Origin: a virus
Lineage: Duplodnaviria > Caudoviricetes
Direction: 5' to 3' (one strand)
Virus record (IMG/VR): IMGVR_UViG_2791355391_000001
Span: 182-64,181 of that record
DNA: 64,000 bases
Shown here: positions 28,311 to 38,467 of the stretch, one piece after another
How the letters are laid out: every line of letters begins with the position of its first letter
Position numbering within the stretch: position 1 is the first letter of the stretch
The notes under the pieces: generated by a model
Told to the model about the DNA's origin: nothing
Database searches by the model: none
The model's input: the letters and a program-made list of their open reading frames with translations, nothing else
Translations under genes and position numbers: made by a program

Positions 28311-29423
28311 TTAAAGTCTGGCGTTGCTGAACGCCTGAGCATCCAGGTTACGAAGTTGCTCCAGAGTCAGCCATTCGCCCTTGTCGTTGTAGAAATCATC
28401 GGGCGACATGCCGCCGTCACGAATCAGCCGGGCCCGGGTTACGCCAACGATTTGGGACTGTCGCGTGAACGACTGGCGCGAGAACCAGCCCTGATAATCG
28501 GTATCCGAAGGCACCTGCCCGTCCATGCTGGCACGTGAGCTATCTGATATTTGCCCAACAGCAATACCCAGCTCATCAGACGATTTCAGGATGTAGGTTT
28601 CGACGCTGCGGCAGCAGAAATGGATTTTCCCGGGTCCCTGCAGATACGGCACCTTATGGCCGATCGGCTTGTTATCCAGTGTGTACTTGAGGCGGTCGCG
28701 AATCCGACAGTCTTTTGATGTACGGTTATCCAAAGTGGATAACCACTGCTTACCCTTCAAAATGTCATCGTTCGCATCTGCAAAGCTTTTCCTGGCCGTA
28801 GAAGCAAGATGCCCCACAGCCGTTTTTGCAATACTGCCGGCATTGGTTCGGCTCATCTGCAGCGCGCCATCCTGATAACCACGGTTAGCATGACCTCGGA
28901 CCTTTCTGGCGATTTGCTCATGCGTATCGCCCAGGAGAAAACCCTGCCGCACTGTATTGGAAATTCTTGCCATCCTGTCAGCTTCAAGGTTATCTGCCCA
29001 CTCCGAAAGCAGGCGCCCCTGAAACGGCTGTGCCATCGCAGTTGCGTAAACGGCATCCGGTGAAATGCCCACCAGCGGGTGAAGCGATAGCACATCATCG
29101 GGGATCGCAAACTGGAACAGGCTCAGCTGAAAGCCTGCTTCGTGCTGAGCGAGTTGCTGCAGCTCATCAGATAGTCCCGCGTACATTGACTGCACAGCCT
29201 CGCGATTGAGAGCTCTGACACTAACGAGCAGCGCTTCCAGTCGCGACACGGTAAAGCTGTCAGCATCCAGGCTATCCATCGCTACCAGCAATCTGGCAGT
29301 CAGTTCCGCATCGCTGTCATTCAGGATTTTTATCATCCTGTTTGCAACGCTGGTGCTGTACCGCGCTATCCATATCGCATGCGCTATCGATTCATCCTGA
29401 AGCTTGTCATTCGCCGTTGCCAT
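28311..29423 (-). CDS. Minor head/morphogenesis protein (SPP1 gp7/Mu F family)
   Basis: WLSTLDNRTS..C and HFCCRS motifs. Confidence 0.85.
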   Translation of the reverse strand: MATANDKLQDESIAHAIWIARYSTSVANRMIKILNDSDAELTARLLVAMDSLDADSFTVSRLEALLVSVRALNREAVQSMYAGLSDELQQLAQHEAGFQLSLFQFAIPDDVLSLHPLVGISPDAVYATAMAQPFQGRLLSEWADNLEADRMARISNTVRQGFLLGDTHEQIARKVRGHANRGYQDGALQMSRTNAGSIAKTAVGHLASTARKSFADANDDILKGKQWLSTLDNRTSKDCRIRDRLKYTLDNKPIGHKVPYLQGPGKIHFCCRSVETYILKSSDELGIAVGQISDSSRASMDGQVPSDTDYQGWFSRQSFTRQSQIVGVTRARLIRDGGMSPDDFYNDKGEWLTLEQLRNLDAQAFSNARL

Positions 29424-30831
29424 TTGCACCACCCGGGTTACTCAGTCCGCCGGCCAGCGTGACCTGCTGATTTCGCAGCTCGTCGATTACCTCTTCGGGC
29501 TTCGCATCCGGATCGATAAATTTCAGAGCCTGCAATACGCGAACAGCATCGACCTGACGTATATCACCACCCTGACGGAGCGACTGAACAGCTGTTGCAG
29601 CTGCGGCATCAAACGTCTGGGCTGAAACATCCAGTTCGGTGCGTACATCAACATTGCCGCCTTCTTTCTCGCCCAGCCATTCCGCCATAATCTGCAGGAT
29701 ATTATCGAGCGCATCCTCAAGCGAGCTTGCCATGGTGTAGAGAGGTGAATTCTCCTGCATCCGCTCTTCGTGAGTCTGGTCTAAGGATTTAGTCGATGTG
29801 TTTTCCGCGCGCAGCAGTTTTGCGCCGGCCTGACGCATCTGGTTTTCCAGATCCTCAAGGGAAATCTTACCGGCTTCAATCGCAGCCCCGGTATGCTCGA
29901 CATATTCCAGTCCCTGCCGCTGGCGGTCATCGAAACGAGTCGCAGAGGAAGAACCTATCGTCAACGTTTCGCCATCAGCCAGACCGTAAGCCACCAGCAA
30001 CGGCACGCGAGCGACATGAAGAATGTTGTCCTGTTCACTCTGACTCTGCCAGTGCTTGATATTCAGTAAGGCGAGATTAAGCAGTGGCGGTGAACCGCGC
30101 ATAAAGCCTGTGCGTTTCGTGTAAAGCGTCACCAGGGGAATGTCATCGCGACTGGTTTCCCACTCGTCGTGAATCTGCCACTGGCTTTCGCCGTTATCAC
30201 CTTTATTTCGGCGATAAATTTCAACCTTGCCCGGCATGATATGGCGTATTTGCTCAACTTTCGTTTGCCCGTAATCGTCGCCATCAATAATGATGACCTC
30301 TCTGATACGCAGATCGGTCAACACTACTTTCCCTTTAACCACTTTCGATTTCCAGCCGATGACCTGGCGAGGATTTAACATCGTGGCATACGGGCGGGAT
30401 CCCGCGGCTTTTTCGTCGGCTTTAGTTTTTACTGCCTCCCGGTCAATTTTCGGGAAATCCACCAGCGCATGTACCAGACCATACTGGAATCCGATGCTGA
30501 AAAATTGCTGTGCCCAGACATCGAGCCGGTTTCCTTCCATATCAATATCTGGCGACAGCTCCCGTATTTGTTCAGGAGAATCCTCACTCAATACCGTCGG
30601 CTCAGCAAACACTCGCCCGATGTTTTGTTTAATAGCCTCTTCATAGGCAGGGAGTAACGTTGCCGAAGCTAAACGCTCCTTATAGCTTTCAGGATCTTCG
30701 TTCGGCCATTTCGGGAGATACTTCTTGCCCTGCCGGCGCATTTCCAGCGTGCCGCCCATCAGCGCATCATTAATATCCCATGCCTCAACCATGTCGTTAT
30801 AGTCGAGGTTGGGCGTTGAAATATCAGGCAT
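29407..30831 (-). CDS. Portal protein (DUF4055-like)
   Basis: 474 aa after terminase; YLPKW..E..ESYKERL, PPLLNLA. Confidence 0.9.
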   Translation of the reverse strand: MPDISTPNLDYNDMVEAWDINDALMGGTLEMRRQGKKYLPKWPNEDPESYKERLASATLLPAYEEAIKQNIGRVFAEPTVLSEDSPEQIRELSPDIDMEGNRLDVWAQQFFSIGFQYGLVHALVDFPKIDREAVKTKADEKAAGSRPYATMLNPRQVIGWKSKVVKGKVVLTDLRIREVIIIDGDDYGQTKVEQIRHIMPGKVEIYRRNKGDNGESQWQIHDEWETSRDDIPLVTLYTKRTGFMRGSPPLLNLALLNIKHWQSQSEQDNILHVARVPLLVAYGLADGETLTIGSSSATRFDDRQRQGLEYVEHTGAAIEAGKISLEDLENQMRQAGAKLLRAENTSTKSLDQTHEERMQENSPLYTMASSLEDALDNILQIMAEWLGEKEGGNVDVRTELDVSAQTFDAAAATAVQSLRQGGDIRQVDAVRVLQALKFIDPDAKPEEVIDELRNQQVTLAGGLSNPGGANGNGE

Positions 30832-30835
30832 GGTT

Positions 30836-32140
30836 TTACATCCGCAGTTGGGTGACTTTTCCAGTCGGTTTGATGATCGGGAATTGCTTCACAATGAAAT
30901 ACCCACCGGCATCGTTGGGGTGATCGTTATCCGCCGTTTTATCCGGCTCACCGTTTTCGCCCCAAACCTGTTGCTCAAGCGATTCGGTGTACACCGGGCA
31001 CCGCTTTACATTCACTTTGTAGCGACGTTCACCGTTACCATTGCAGAACATGGCATTCATCGCGTTGATGCGGTCTTTCACTGGCGGGTTTGATGCATTA
31101 ACAACCACATTGAAGCCGGCCTGCTTAAGCTGAGCGATATCCGTGGCGCTGGCATTGCTGGATTTGCGGGAATCGCCGGAAGCGTCCGGGTAAATATAGA
31201 TTTCCCGCACCTTGCGATAATCGTTGCCGTCGTACAGCCAGAACCGTTCTTTGATGATGCGGATCATGTCAGGGGTGTCGTAAGCCTTCACAATTTCATT
31301 CACCGCAAACGGAAGCCCCAGACGTAACACATGAACAACCCCGGCCATCTTCCCGACGTTGAAATCCATACCGATATACAGCGGCTCACCGGGTTGTTCT
31401 TCCTCCCGGCAGTTATTCAGCTTACGGTCAAACTGATGGTAAATCGTCCCGCTGGTAAGGTTGGTGAACTGGCCACGCAGATAAGCCTTGATCAGTTCCG
31501 GCGGGTATGACTCCATCAGCGACGGGATATAGTCCGGTGGCAGATTCTTTTCGTTGTCGAACGTCGAGGCCTGCACCAGGCCGTACAGCGTTGAGAGCGA
31601 AGGCTTATCGCGTACAGCCTTTGCGAACTGCTGATAAACGAATTTAAACCCTTCTGGCGTCGTGGTGACGTCGATCCCGTTACGAAGACCGGCCACGTTG
31701 TAACGCATACGAGCAATGATTTTTCGCCAGGCTAACTGCGCCTTTTTCGCGGGCATTACGTCCAGCTCATCAATAAGCGCATTACCGATTTTAAAACCAA
31801 CGATGGTTTGCGGTTTCTCCATTGAGCGGCAAATCGTCGTTCCTCGGTACTGGCGCCCGGCGTAGAAGTGAACCTCTTTGTTTCCCTCGTTGATTTTGAC
31901 ATTCAGCCCCCAGTCGTGGGCCACCTCCTCAACAGTGGGATAAAAGATGTCACGAATCTGCGGATACGTTGGCGCAAAGTAACCCTGGTTGATTTTGGGG
32001 TGTTCCCACATCCCTTTGCAGATACCGCCGCAGCCGACCCACGTCTTGCCAGAACCGAAGCCGGCGACGTAGGCCTTAAACTTGTACTGCATCGCAAGGA
32101 ATTTGGCCTGAGGGATGTTAAGCGTCGGTGCTATCGCCAT
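30836..32140 (-). CDS. Terminase large subunit
   Basis: Walker A AGFGSGKT, LIDE Walker B, IGMDFN and DHPNDA nuclease motifs. Confidence 0.95.
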   Translation of the reverse strand: MAIAPTLNIPQAKFLAMQYKFKAYVAGFGSGKTWVGCGGICKGMWEHPKINQGYFAPTYPQIRDIFYPTVEEVAHDWGLNVKINEGNKEVHFYAGRQYRGTTICRSMEKPQTIVGFKIGNALIDELDVMPAKKAQLAWRKIIARMRYNVAGLRNGIDVTTTPEGFKFVYQQFAKAVRDKPSLSTLYGLVQASTFDNEKNLPPDYIPSLMESYPPELIKAYLRGQFTNLTSGTIYHQFDRKLNNCREEEQPGEPLYIGMDFNVGKMAGVVHVLRLGLPFAVNEIVKAYDTPDMIRIIKERFWLYDGNDYRKVREIYIYPDASGDSRKSSNASATDIAQLKQAGFNVVVNASNPPVKDRINAMNAMFCNGNGERRYKVNVKRCPVYTESLEQQVWGENGEPDKTADNDHPNDAGGYFIVKQFPIIKPTGKVTQLRM

Positions 32141-33110
32141 CCTCTTCCCTCACTCGTGCATCGACTACGTTGATATTGATTGCAACTGGCGTTGGTTCGT
32201 CATCCTCCGGATCAGCAGCCAGCTCTTTGCGCAATTTTTCGACCTCCAGCTGCCTGCGCTCAATTTCAATCAGCTGCAGACGCTGGGCGAACTCGCTATC
32301 AGCCAGGCCGAGACGCTTCATCACCGCCTCGTACATTCGCTCGCGGCTAATAGCGGTAATCTCAACGCCATTCTTCCCAAGCTTCACACCGGAATAGGCA
32401 AGCGCAGCATCAGGCGCCAGCTTGCGCGTATCGGCGAAGAAAGGCTGGCCGATGCCATCACCATTGCATCGAGGGCATTCAGAGTTAGGTGCGCTGGTGT
32501 GGTCGTAACCGTAGCCGCCATCATCCAAAGGTTCTCGACGTTTTCGCTCAAGCGCTTCGAGTCGCTTCTCTTCGTACTCAACAGCATCGCGCCATTGATA
32601 CTGATGACCGAAGCCCCAGCAATAGCGGCAACTCCCGCGGCGATACTGTGATAGCTGGTTGGCGTCGAACGTTGCCAGCCGCCACATCTGCTCAAGCACT
32701 TCATCAGCGCTGCCAAGTGTGCGCACAATGGATGCTTTCTGCTGCTGCGCAATGGCCTGCGCAACGTTAGGATTCGTTATGAGCTGCCGACCATAGTTTG
32801 GATCGCTATAGCCAGCGCGCTCGGCGGCTGCCGTGGCGTTCTGGTCCTTGAGGTATTCGGCAATAAAGCGCTTAACCTTTGGGCTGAGTTTGCTATCCAC
32901 CAGTTCTTCTGCGCACTTTTCCTTTTGCGCAGTGCGCAGTTTCTTCTGCGCAGGTTTTTGCGCAGTTTGCGCAGTGGTTTTCTTGATATATCGGCGGGCA
33001 GTAGCGTAATTCAGTCCCTGCGCTTCACACCAATCCTTCGGTGATACGCCGGTTGCGGCATGATCGGACAGGAACCGTTGCTGAAGCTCGCCCCAGTCCG
33101 GTTTTGCCAT
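32118..33110 (-). CDS. Terminase small subunit
   Basis: FIAEYLKDQNATAAAERAGYS motif; CxxC pairs. Confidence 0.9.
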   Translation of the reverse strand: MAKPDWGELQQRFLSDHAATGVSPKDWCEAQGLNYATARRYIKKTTAQTAQKPAQKKLRTAQKEKCAEELVDSKLSPKVKRFIAEYLKDQNATAAAERAGYSDPNYGRQLITNPNVAQAIAQQQKASIVRTLGSADEVLEQMWRLATFDANQLSQYRRGSCRYCWGFGHQYQWRDAVEYEEKRLEALERKRREPLDDGGYGYDHTSAPNSECPRCNGDGIGQPFFADTRKLAPDAALAYSGVKLGKNGVEITAISRERMYEAVMKRLGLADSEFAQRLQLIEIERRQLEVEKLRKELAADPEDDEPTPVAININVVDARVREEDGDSTDA

Positions 33111-33214
33111 GGATTATTCCTATTTAACGTGAGGGAGAAAAAGGAATTACTGATTCTCCATAAAATATTCACTTTTATGTTTTGGAATTAAGGCTCTTTA
33201 GTTCAGGAGTTATT

Positions 33215-33343
33215 ATGAAAAGAATTATGCTTGCTGTTTTTGTGATCTGTGGTGCGCTGTCACTTTCAGGATGTATCCTTCCCCCTGGTCCCCATGGAGG
33301 CGGACATGGTGGAGATCACTTCCATGGTCCTGAGCATCGTTAA
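33215..33343 (+). CDS. 42-aa His/Gly-rich lipoprotein (not in ORF track)
   Basis: AGGAG RBS; MKRIMLAVFVICGALSLSG-CILPPGPHGGGHGGDHFHGPEHR*; hairpin AAGGCCGCA..TGCGGCCTT follows. Confidence 0.75.
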   Translation: MKRIMLAVFVICGALSLSGCILPPGPHGGGHGGDHFHGPEHR

Positions 33344-33629
33344 TCGCCTGAGGGCTTTCATTTTACAAATGATGAAAAAGGCCGCAAAAATATGCGGCCT
33401 TTATTTACTACCAGCTAGCGTATATAGAATCTCTCAGGAGCCACCCGGGAGAGGTTCATCTATACGGCTAACTGACCTCTGCCGTTCTGGTGTTGGCAGG
33501 CAGAGACGTTATGAGAGTAGTGAGTATTTCAAAATTTACTGGGATAGACAGACAATGATGTCAGTTACCCCGTGTAACAGGTAATTGGTGATTGATTGAA
33601 CTGTCAGCTCAGACGATTTGTCTGATGGG

Positions 33630-33666
33630 CATTATCGCAGGCACTAAGTGAATGCCTGTGATAATG
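33630..33666. repeat. Inverted-repeat element, copy 1 (related copies 33983-34019, 38511-38550)
   Basis: CATTATCGCAGGCAC-TAAGTGA-ATGCCTGTGATAATG. Confidence 0.7.
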
Positions 33667-33710
33667 GGGTCAGAGACCAGGTTAAAACCTGACCAAAGTT
33701 ATTTAGATCA

Positions 33711-33899
33711 CTATCCATAGAACCACCCACCAATGCCAAAGGCTACAGCGATCACCAGACAAGCAATTGCCGTTTTAGGCATTAACACACCGTAAAATGC
33801 AGGAGACAATCCCAGGAATAAAACCATTAGCACTGGCCACATACTAAGCAACAGGCAAAAGTAGCCATCTATACCACCGCTGCTAAACGTCACATTCAC
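33711..33899 (-). CDS. Small membrane protein
   Basis: 62 aa, two hydrophobic segments, GGAG RBS. Confidence 0.55.
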   Translation of the reverse strand: MNVTFSSGGIDGYFCLLLSMWPVLMVLFLGLSPAFYGVLMPKTAIACLVIAVAFGIGGWFYG

Positions 33900-34021
33900 T
33901 CCAAACCATTACCCGGACTTTCCATAGCTTGGTTGCTTCGTTGCATGACATCATACAACTGCCCCTTATACAGGAGCATAAACGTTATCACAGGCACTCG
34001 ATGAATGCCTGCTGTAATGCC

Positions 34022-34267
34022 TTAGCTGGCCTGCACAGCGCCGGTATCAAACAGCGCCAGCGCTTCGGTCGCTTCCTGAATCGCTTTACGGGTCTTCGAC
34101 ACAATCTCGCTTTCCGTGAAAACACGATCAAAGGAGTCTGCGAAAAGCTCAGATTTCAGAAAGCTGTCGCCTACCCAGTCAATGGCCAGCTTGGCCGCTG
34201 CGGTGTCGTAGTTAACTTTCTTGATGATATCCAGGCGGATTTGCTCGGATGCGGTGATCTCTGACAT
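34022..34267 (-). CDS. Hypothetical phage protein
   Basis: 81 aa, GAGG RBS. Confidence 0.65.
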   Translation of the reverse strand: MSEITASEQIRLDIIKKVNYDTAAAKLAIDWVGDSFLKSELFADSFDRVFTESEIVSKTRKAIQEATEALALFDTGAVQAS

Positions 34268-34730
34268 GTCTTACCTCTGTGCGATGTGGGGAGAATTATC
34301 GAAGCTACTCGGTAGAATGGCTCCTGTAACGCTTAAGCTGCGGTGCTCCATTAGTAGGAACACCCCGCTACGCTTGTTATATCCGAAATGTTACCTAAAC
34401 TAACTTATGACTTTGCTCTGCCATGACAAAGTCTGCCGTTCTACCCGTGAGCTCAGGGATGAGCCACTCTCAAGCCTTCCAGGCTCTCAGTTTTATTCTC
34501 AACCAGTAGATAATAAACCAACTATGTGGCTACAATCCGCCATTGGCTGGCTGTTCAGCGCCCCGTCAATTTGTCGGATTTACTCCACGGGGTTTTTTAT
34601 CACCTGAAACTGCTGGGCAAAGGCTCCAAGAATCCAGCCCACCAGCGGTACACATTCCCGGCATCCAGAAGCAGGATACCTGAGAGATGTTATATCCTTC
34701 GAACATATGAGGAATGTATCGTAAGTAGTT

Positions 34731-35213
34731 CTATTCAAAGGTGAGTTCATCAAGCCTTAATGGTTTTCTTATAAAAGCCTTTTGGCATTCGATTATGAGT
34801 ATCTGCCCCTCGCACAATGAGCAAAACACAGGAGAGGATTTACCGGAATCACCATTTCCACAGGTGAGCTCCTTAACCCCATAAATAGTGCGCTCAATCG
34901 TATTATCTCTGATAAGATTGATATGCCCTGCATGCTTTTCACCTTGCACTATGTATTTAGACTGCTTACCTGTTATACCCTCAGAGAAAATTGCCACCCC
35001 TTTATCAAAATCCCAGATAAAAATCTTACGCCCACCGTCAGTTACAAGCATTTCCAGTGTCAGCTTGTCATTCGATGCTGGGTCAGACATTCTTGCATAG
35101 CATTTTCTAATCACAACACACCTACCCATTTTTAGGTAGAATATAAGCACACCAGAAGCGGCATTCAACAAGAAAAAATAATCTGTCCTGCATAAGCCAG
35201 CTGACCTGCCCAC
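34731..35213 (-). CDS. Hypothetical moron protein (start uncertain)
   Basis: AT-rich ORF, likely shorter than 160 aa. Confidence 0.45.
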   Translation of the reverse strand: MGRSAGLCRTDYFFLLNAASGVLIFYLKMGRCVVIRKCYARMSDPASNDKLTLEMLVTDGGRKIFIWDFDKGVAIFSEGITGKQSKYIVQGEKHAGHINLIRDNTIERTIYGVKELTCGNGDSGKSSPVFCSLCEGQILIIECQKAFIRKPLRLDELTFE

Positions 35214-35284
35214 AGTATTAGATACAACCAGAAGATAAAAGGCCTACCGTAATGGAAGGCCTTTATGGGGTTATGCAGTATGTT

Positions 35285-35390
35285 GTGGTGCCGGGTGCCT
35301 CCCGGTAAGTCTGCCCCAGCCAACAGACCTGCGTGTGTGCTCAAAGAGAAAACCTGGCTGGTCGCCCCACCGCACAGGGGGATTCACCAC
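35285..35390 (-). ncRNA. Candidate structured RNA, copy A
   Basis: Homologous to 38359-38467 with compensatory stem changes; TTGACT-18-TAATGT promoter at 35397-35426. Confidence 0.7.
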
Positions 35391-35643
35391 GCATCTACAT
35401 TAGCTATGCGATAAGTGCATAGTCAATCCGATGTAACCAGTAAAAACACCTCTTTCGGAAAACTGTATATCCTGGCAGACAATAATTAATCATTTCATAT
35501 TGAATCATTACAAAACCAACAATAAAGTTTCATATCAGGTTTCAAATTAAGAAAAAATTCCAGTTGGGAATTTTCTCACTTAAATCCCACACTATCCCTC
35601 ATGCGAACCATAATATCCATGGTCCTTAGGAGGGTTAACTCAC

Positions 35644-35763
35644 ATGATAACCATACTGATGATAGCGTTAGCTGTAGTTCTTCTTTTAGTTGCAGTGGGT
35701 TCACTGGTTTCATACTTGCGAGAAACGAGTAAATATAAAAATACTTTTAAAAAAAGGTATTAA
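35644..35763 (+). CDS. 39-aa single-pass membrane peptide (not in ORF track)
   Basis: AGGAGG RBS; MITILMIALAVVLLLVAVGSLVSYLRETSKYKNTFKKRY*. Confidence 0.6.
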   Translation: MITILMIALAVVLLLVAVGSLVSYLRETSKYKNTFKKRY

Positions 35764-36071
35764 CTTTTACCCAATTCTGCACAAAAGGGGTAGTCAACCG
35801 GCACTATCCCTGCTTTCTAACTACCGCCTTCCAGTAAGAAGGCCTAAGTCACCCTGGTGTCGCAGAGAACGTCTATACGCAAGATCCATGACCTGATTAC
35901 ACAACCACACTCTCGCAGTGCTCTGCGCCCGTGCCCTTGAGTTCATGTCACATCATCGCCGCTAATAACCAGTACGCGTTTGGCGTTCGCATATCGGGTG
36001 ACGAAACGCTCAGACTTTCCTACTGCCCGCGGTAAGCAGCCCAACGTGATCAGCGAGTACGACCCATGGGC

Positions 36072-36349
36072 CTAAGAATATTTAATGGCCACTATCGCAA
36101 CGATCAGTGCAACCAATGCCACCAGTAGTGACACACCAGTGAGCAGCAACGAGGCCGTATTCATCATCCGCTGGTAGTAAAACTCTCGCATGGCTTTTGT
36201 AGTGGACTCGCGGTGTTCAAAATCATTCTTATTAGGATATGCCAGGTCGTAACCGTCTGAGATTTTCCTTTCAATGGAAGCGTGAAGCACGTCGTTCCAG
36301 CTATGCGTAAAATTAACAAATGCATCTGTAATTTTCTGTTTCATTGTCA
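36072..36349 (-). CDS. Hypothetical protein with C-terminal membrane anchor
   Basis: LLLTGVSLLVALVALIVAIVAI; start uncertain. Confidence 0.55.
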
Positions 36350-36441
36350 TCTCACCCTGATTGTTATTATTGGTGATGATATCAAATAGGATGACAAAAA
36401 AAGCCAACGTATCGGTGGGCTTGTTGTGACATGTCACGGCA

Positions 36442-36726
36442 TCAACAATCGCTATCAGGCCTTGCTATTGCACGACATGCCCACATACAGGCTTCCTGCA
36501 TTTTGGTGCGCGCGATAGCCATACAGCGCAAAGCCTCTGCTCTCTCGGTTTCGGCCTGACTACCACGCTCGACAACTTCAGCCGTTGTAACCTCTCGCTC
36601 AGTATCGAGCAGACTGCAAAAATGCCGGCTGACACCTTTGAGGCGGTTCATCCGCTCAATGTCGCCAGCGGTTAATGTGCGGTAGCCTTTTACAGTGCTG
36701 CCGTCCTGCGGTTTTGCTTCACTCAT
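36442..36726 (-). CDS. Acb2-family anti-CBASS cyclic-oligonucleotide sponge homolog
   Basis: KGYRTL..IERMNRLK and RCMAIARTKMQEACMWACRAIARPDS match the Acb2 pattern KGYRxL..MNxxK / RxxAIxxTxxQxxxMxxxRAIAxP. Confidence 0.75.
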   Translation of the reverse strand: MSEAKPQDGSTVKGYRTLTAGDIERMNRLKGVSRHFCSLLDTEREVTTAEVVERGSQAETERAEALRCMAIARTKMQEACMWACRAIARPDSDC

Positions 36727-36811
36727 TTCGTAGCCCTTTCGGTTGTACCTGGTTTGCTTTTACTAGCTCGTAGGTGGATATTGTTGGGAAGGAAAGCATG
36801 GAGATAACCAA

Positions 36812-36994
36812 ATGAAACAGATACTATTTACATGGTTTGCTTTTACAAATACCTATGCCTGCATCACCGCCAGCATTAACGTGAACAACTCACTAATGCT
36901 TGATTCAGCTGTGCCGTGGATTGTTGGGGTTTCTCTTGGAGTAATCACCAATTACTTATTGGTTAAGAAACTGAAGGAAAGCGGGTTTCTGTAG
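36812..36994 (+). CDS. Small membrane protein moron
   Basis: 60 aa, GGAG RBS, opposite strand to late operon. Confidence 0.55.
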   Translation: MKQILFTWFAFTNTYACITASINVNNSLMLDSAVPWIVGVSLGVITNYLLVKKLKESGFL

Positions 36995-37015
36995 CCCTGC
37001 CGGTTGCTAGCCTGC

Positions 37016-37192
37016 TTACTTCTTAACGCTGTCCGGCATCACCGCGCCAACAACGCCAGCCAGCGCTACGCCGCCAGCGATGACCGTTTCTTGAATGCCC
37101 GGAGGCATCTGATAACCAAATACGCCAGCAATGACCAGGATGATGCCGCGCCAGGTTGACGGCTCTTTCAGCCGATTAATGAGATAGTTCAT
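37016..37192 (-). CDS. 58-aa two-TM protein after endolysin (not in ORF track)
   Basis: MNYLINRLKEPSTWRGIILVIAGVFGYQMPPGIQETVIAGGVALAGVVGAVMPDSVKK*; AAGG RBS. Confidence 0.75.
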   Translation of the reverse strand: MNYLINRLKEPSTWRGIILVIAGVFGYQMPPGIQETVIAGGVALAGVVGAVMPDSVKK

Positions 37193-37207
37193 AAGTTACC
37201 TTCAGCT

Positions 37208-37687
37208 TTATTGTTTAACTTCCGCTACGACGCCGCCAGCGGCTTTGAATTTTGCGATGAGGTTACTGGCCTTATGCTCAAACTGGCCGTAGCCCGCGCC
37301 GGGGAGAGACGCCCAGATATTGCTGCAACGGTAGATGGCCTGAAGAAGCTGCCCGTTGTCAATGAGCGGCAAAGCTCCACGCTCTTTAATTTGCTGCAGG
37401 GCCACCTGGTCCTGCGACGCCGGTGAGAAGTCTTTCAGTCCCAACTGCTTACGGTATGCATCCCACCACTTGGCCAGCAGCTGATAGCGGCCCGCTGCGG
37501 TGGATTTAATACCCAGCTTTGGCAGGTTAACCAACTTGCGTGGATGATCGCTGTAGTCAGTAAAGAGTGAACCACCAACAATGACGTCATAGCCTCGGTT
37601 CTTTGTCGGCTGCCCCGCTTTGTCTGTACCTTCAGACCAAGCGAGCATGTCCAGAAACGCTTTACGTTGTTTATTGATCTCCAGCAT
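37208..37687 (-). CDS. Endolysin, lambda R-type lytic transglycosylase
   Basis: [38 protein letters not shown]; exact start among three Met codons uncertain. Confidence 0.97.
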   Translation of the reverse strand: MLEINKQRKAFLDMLAWSEGTDKAGQPTKNRGYDVIVGGSLFTDYSDHPRKLVNLPKLGIKSTAAGRYQLLAKWWDAYRKQLGLKDFSPASQDQVALQQIKERGALPLIDNGQLLQAIYRCSNIWASLPGAGYGQFEHKASNLIAKFKAAGGVVAEVKQ

Positions 37688-37994
37688 CATCAACTCCTGC
37701 CTTTCTGGCTGCGATTTTTTTAATCAAGCTCCCGATCGAGTCAGTACCGATATAGCCAATGAAGACACTGGCGATGTAGGCGAGATTGCTGCTCAGGCCA
37801 ATGAAGTCGAGAAGGTCACGGACGAACCAGGCGATCATCGCGCACATGACAGCATCGATCAGCGTCTTCGCCATGGCGCCACCGTTATAGCGGCCACGCA
37901 AATACGCCATGATGAAAGCCAGTATTGCGCCGATACCCTGCTCCTTAGCTGCCAGCAGAGCGGCGATGAAATCTTGTTTGTAGGGCATTCGCAT
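37671..37994 (-). CDS. Class I holin, lambda S family, with Met-Arg-Met dual start (107/105 aa)
   Basis: [25 protein letters not shown]; GGAGGTG RBS; ATG at 37994 and 37988. Confidence 0.95.
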   Translation of the reverse strand: MRMPYKQDFIAALLAAKEQGIGAILAFIMAYLRGRYNGGAMAKTLIDAVMCAMIAWFVRDLLDFIGLSSNLAYIASVFIGYIGTDSIGSLIKKIAARKAGVDDAGDQ

Positions 37995-38358
37995 AAGCCT
38001 CACCTCCGTTAATGACGGATGGCGCTGTGTGTTTGAAAAGGTTCAGGCCCATCGGGCTGATTTAGCGAAAAGCCTTAAACGGAGCCACCCGTGAGCCTGA
38101 AATGAAAAAGGCCGCGCAATAGCACAGCCCTTAAATGTTTTTGGTTAGTTGAAGTGCCTTGATCAGGCGAAAAAAAGCCCGCTCTAACGGGCGGGCAGAA
38201 AGGTAGGCATTCTGATTTTGTAACGGTTCGATACGCACCTAATAGTCCGAGCTACCGATTTACCAGGAGAGTGATCATTATTCCGTTACTGCCTTTTAAA
38301 CATAGCTGGAGAAGCCGAAACGGCAACCCCACTACCAAATAGCTTAGTAGCATTGCAT

Positions 38359-38467
38359 ATGGTGCCGGGTGCCTCCCGGTGGGCATGTCCCAGCCGACAT
38401 GGCCCGCGCTGCATTTACAGATCACTGTAAGTGACTGGCCGCCCCTCCGCACAGGGGGATTCACCAT
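38359..38467 (-). ncRNA. Candidate structured RNA, copy B
   Basis: Homologous to 35285-35390; TTGACT-18-TAGATT promoter at 38474-38503. Confidence 0.7.

Noticed and set aside
35900-35995. Possible further ncRNA in the lysis-terminase interval
   Set aside because: GC-richer non-coding stretch, but no second copy, promoter or convincing fold to support it from this sequence alone
35285-38467. Canonical tRNA genes
   Set aside because: CACCA end and a T-arm-like hairpin are present, but there is no TTC loop or anticodon arm; reported as candidate ncRNA instead
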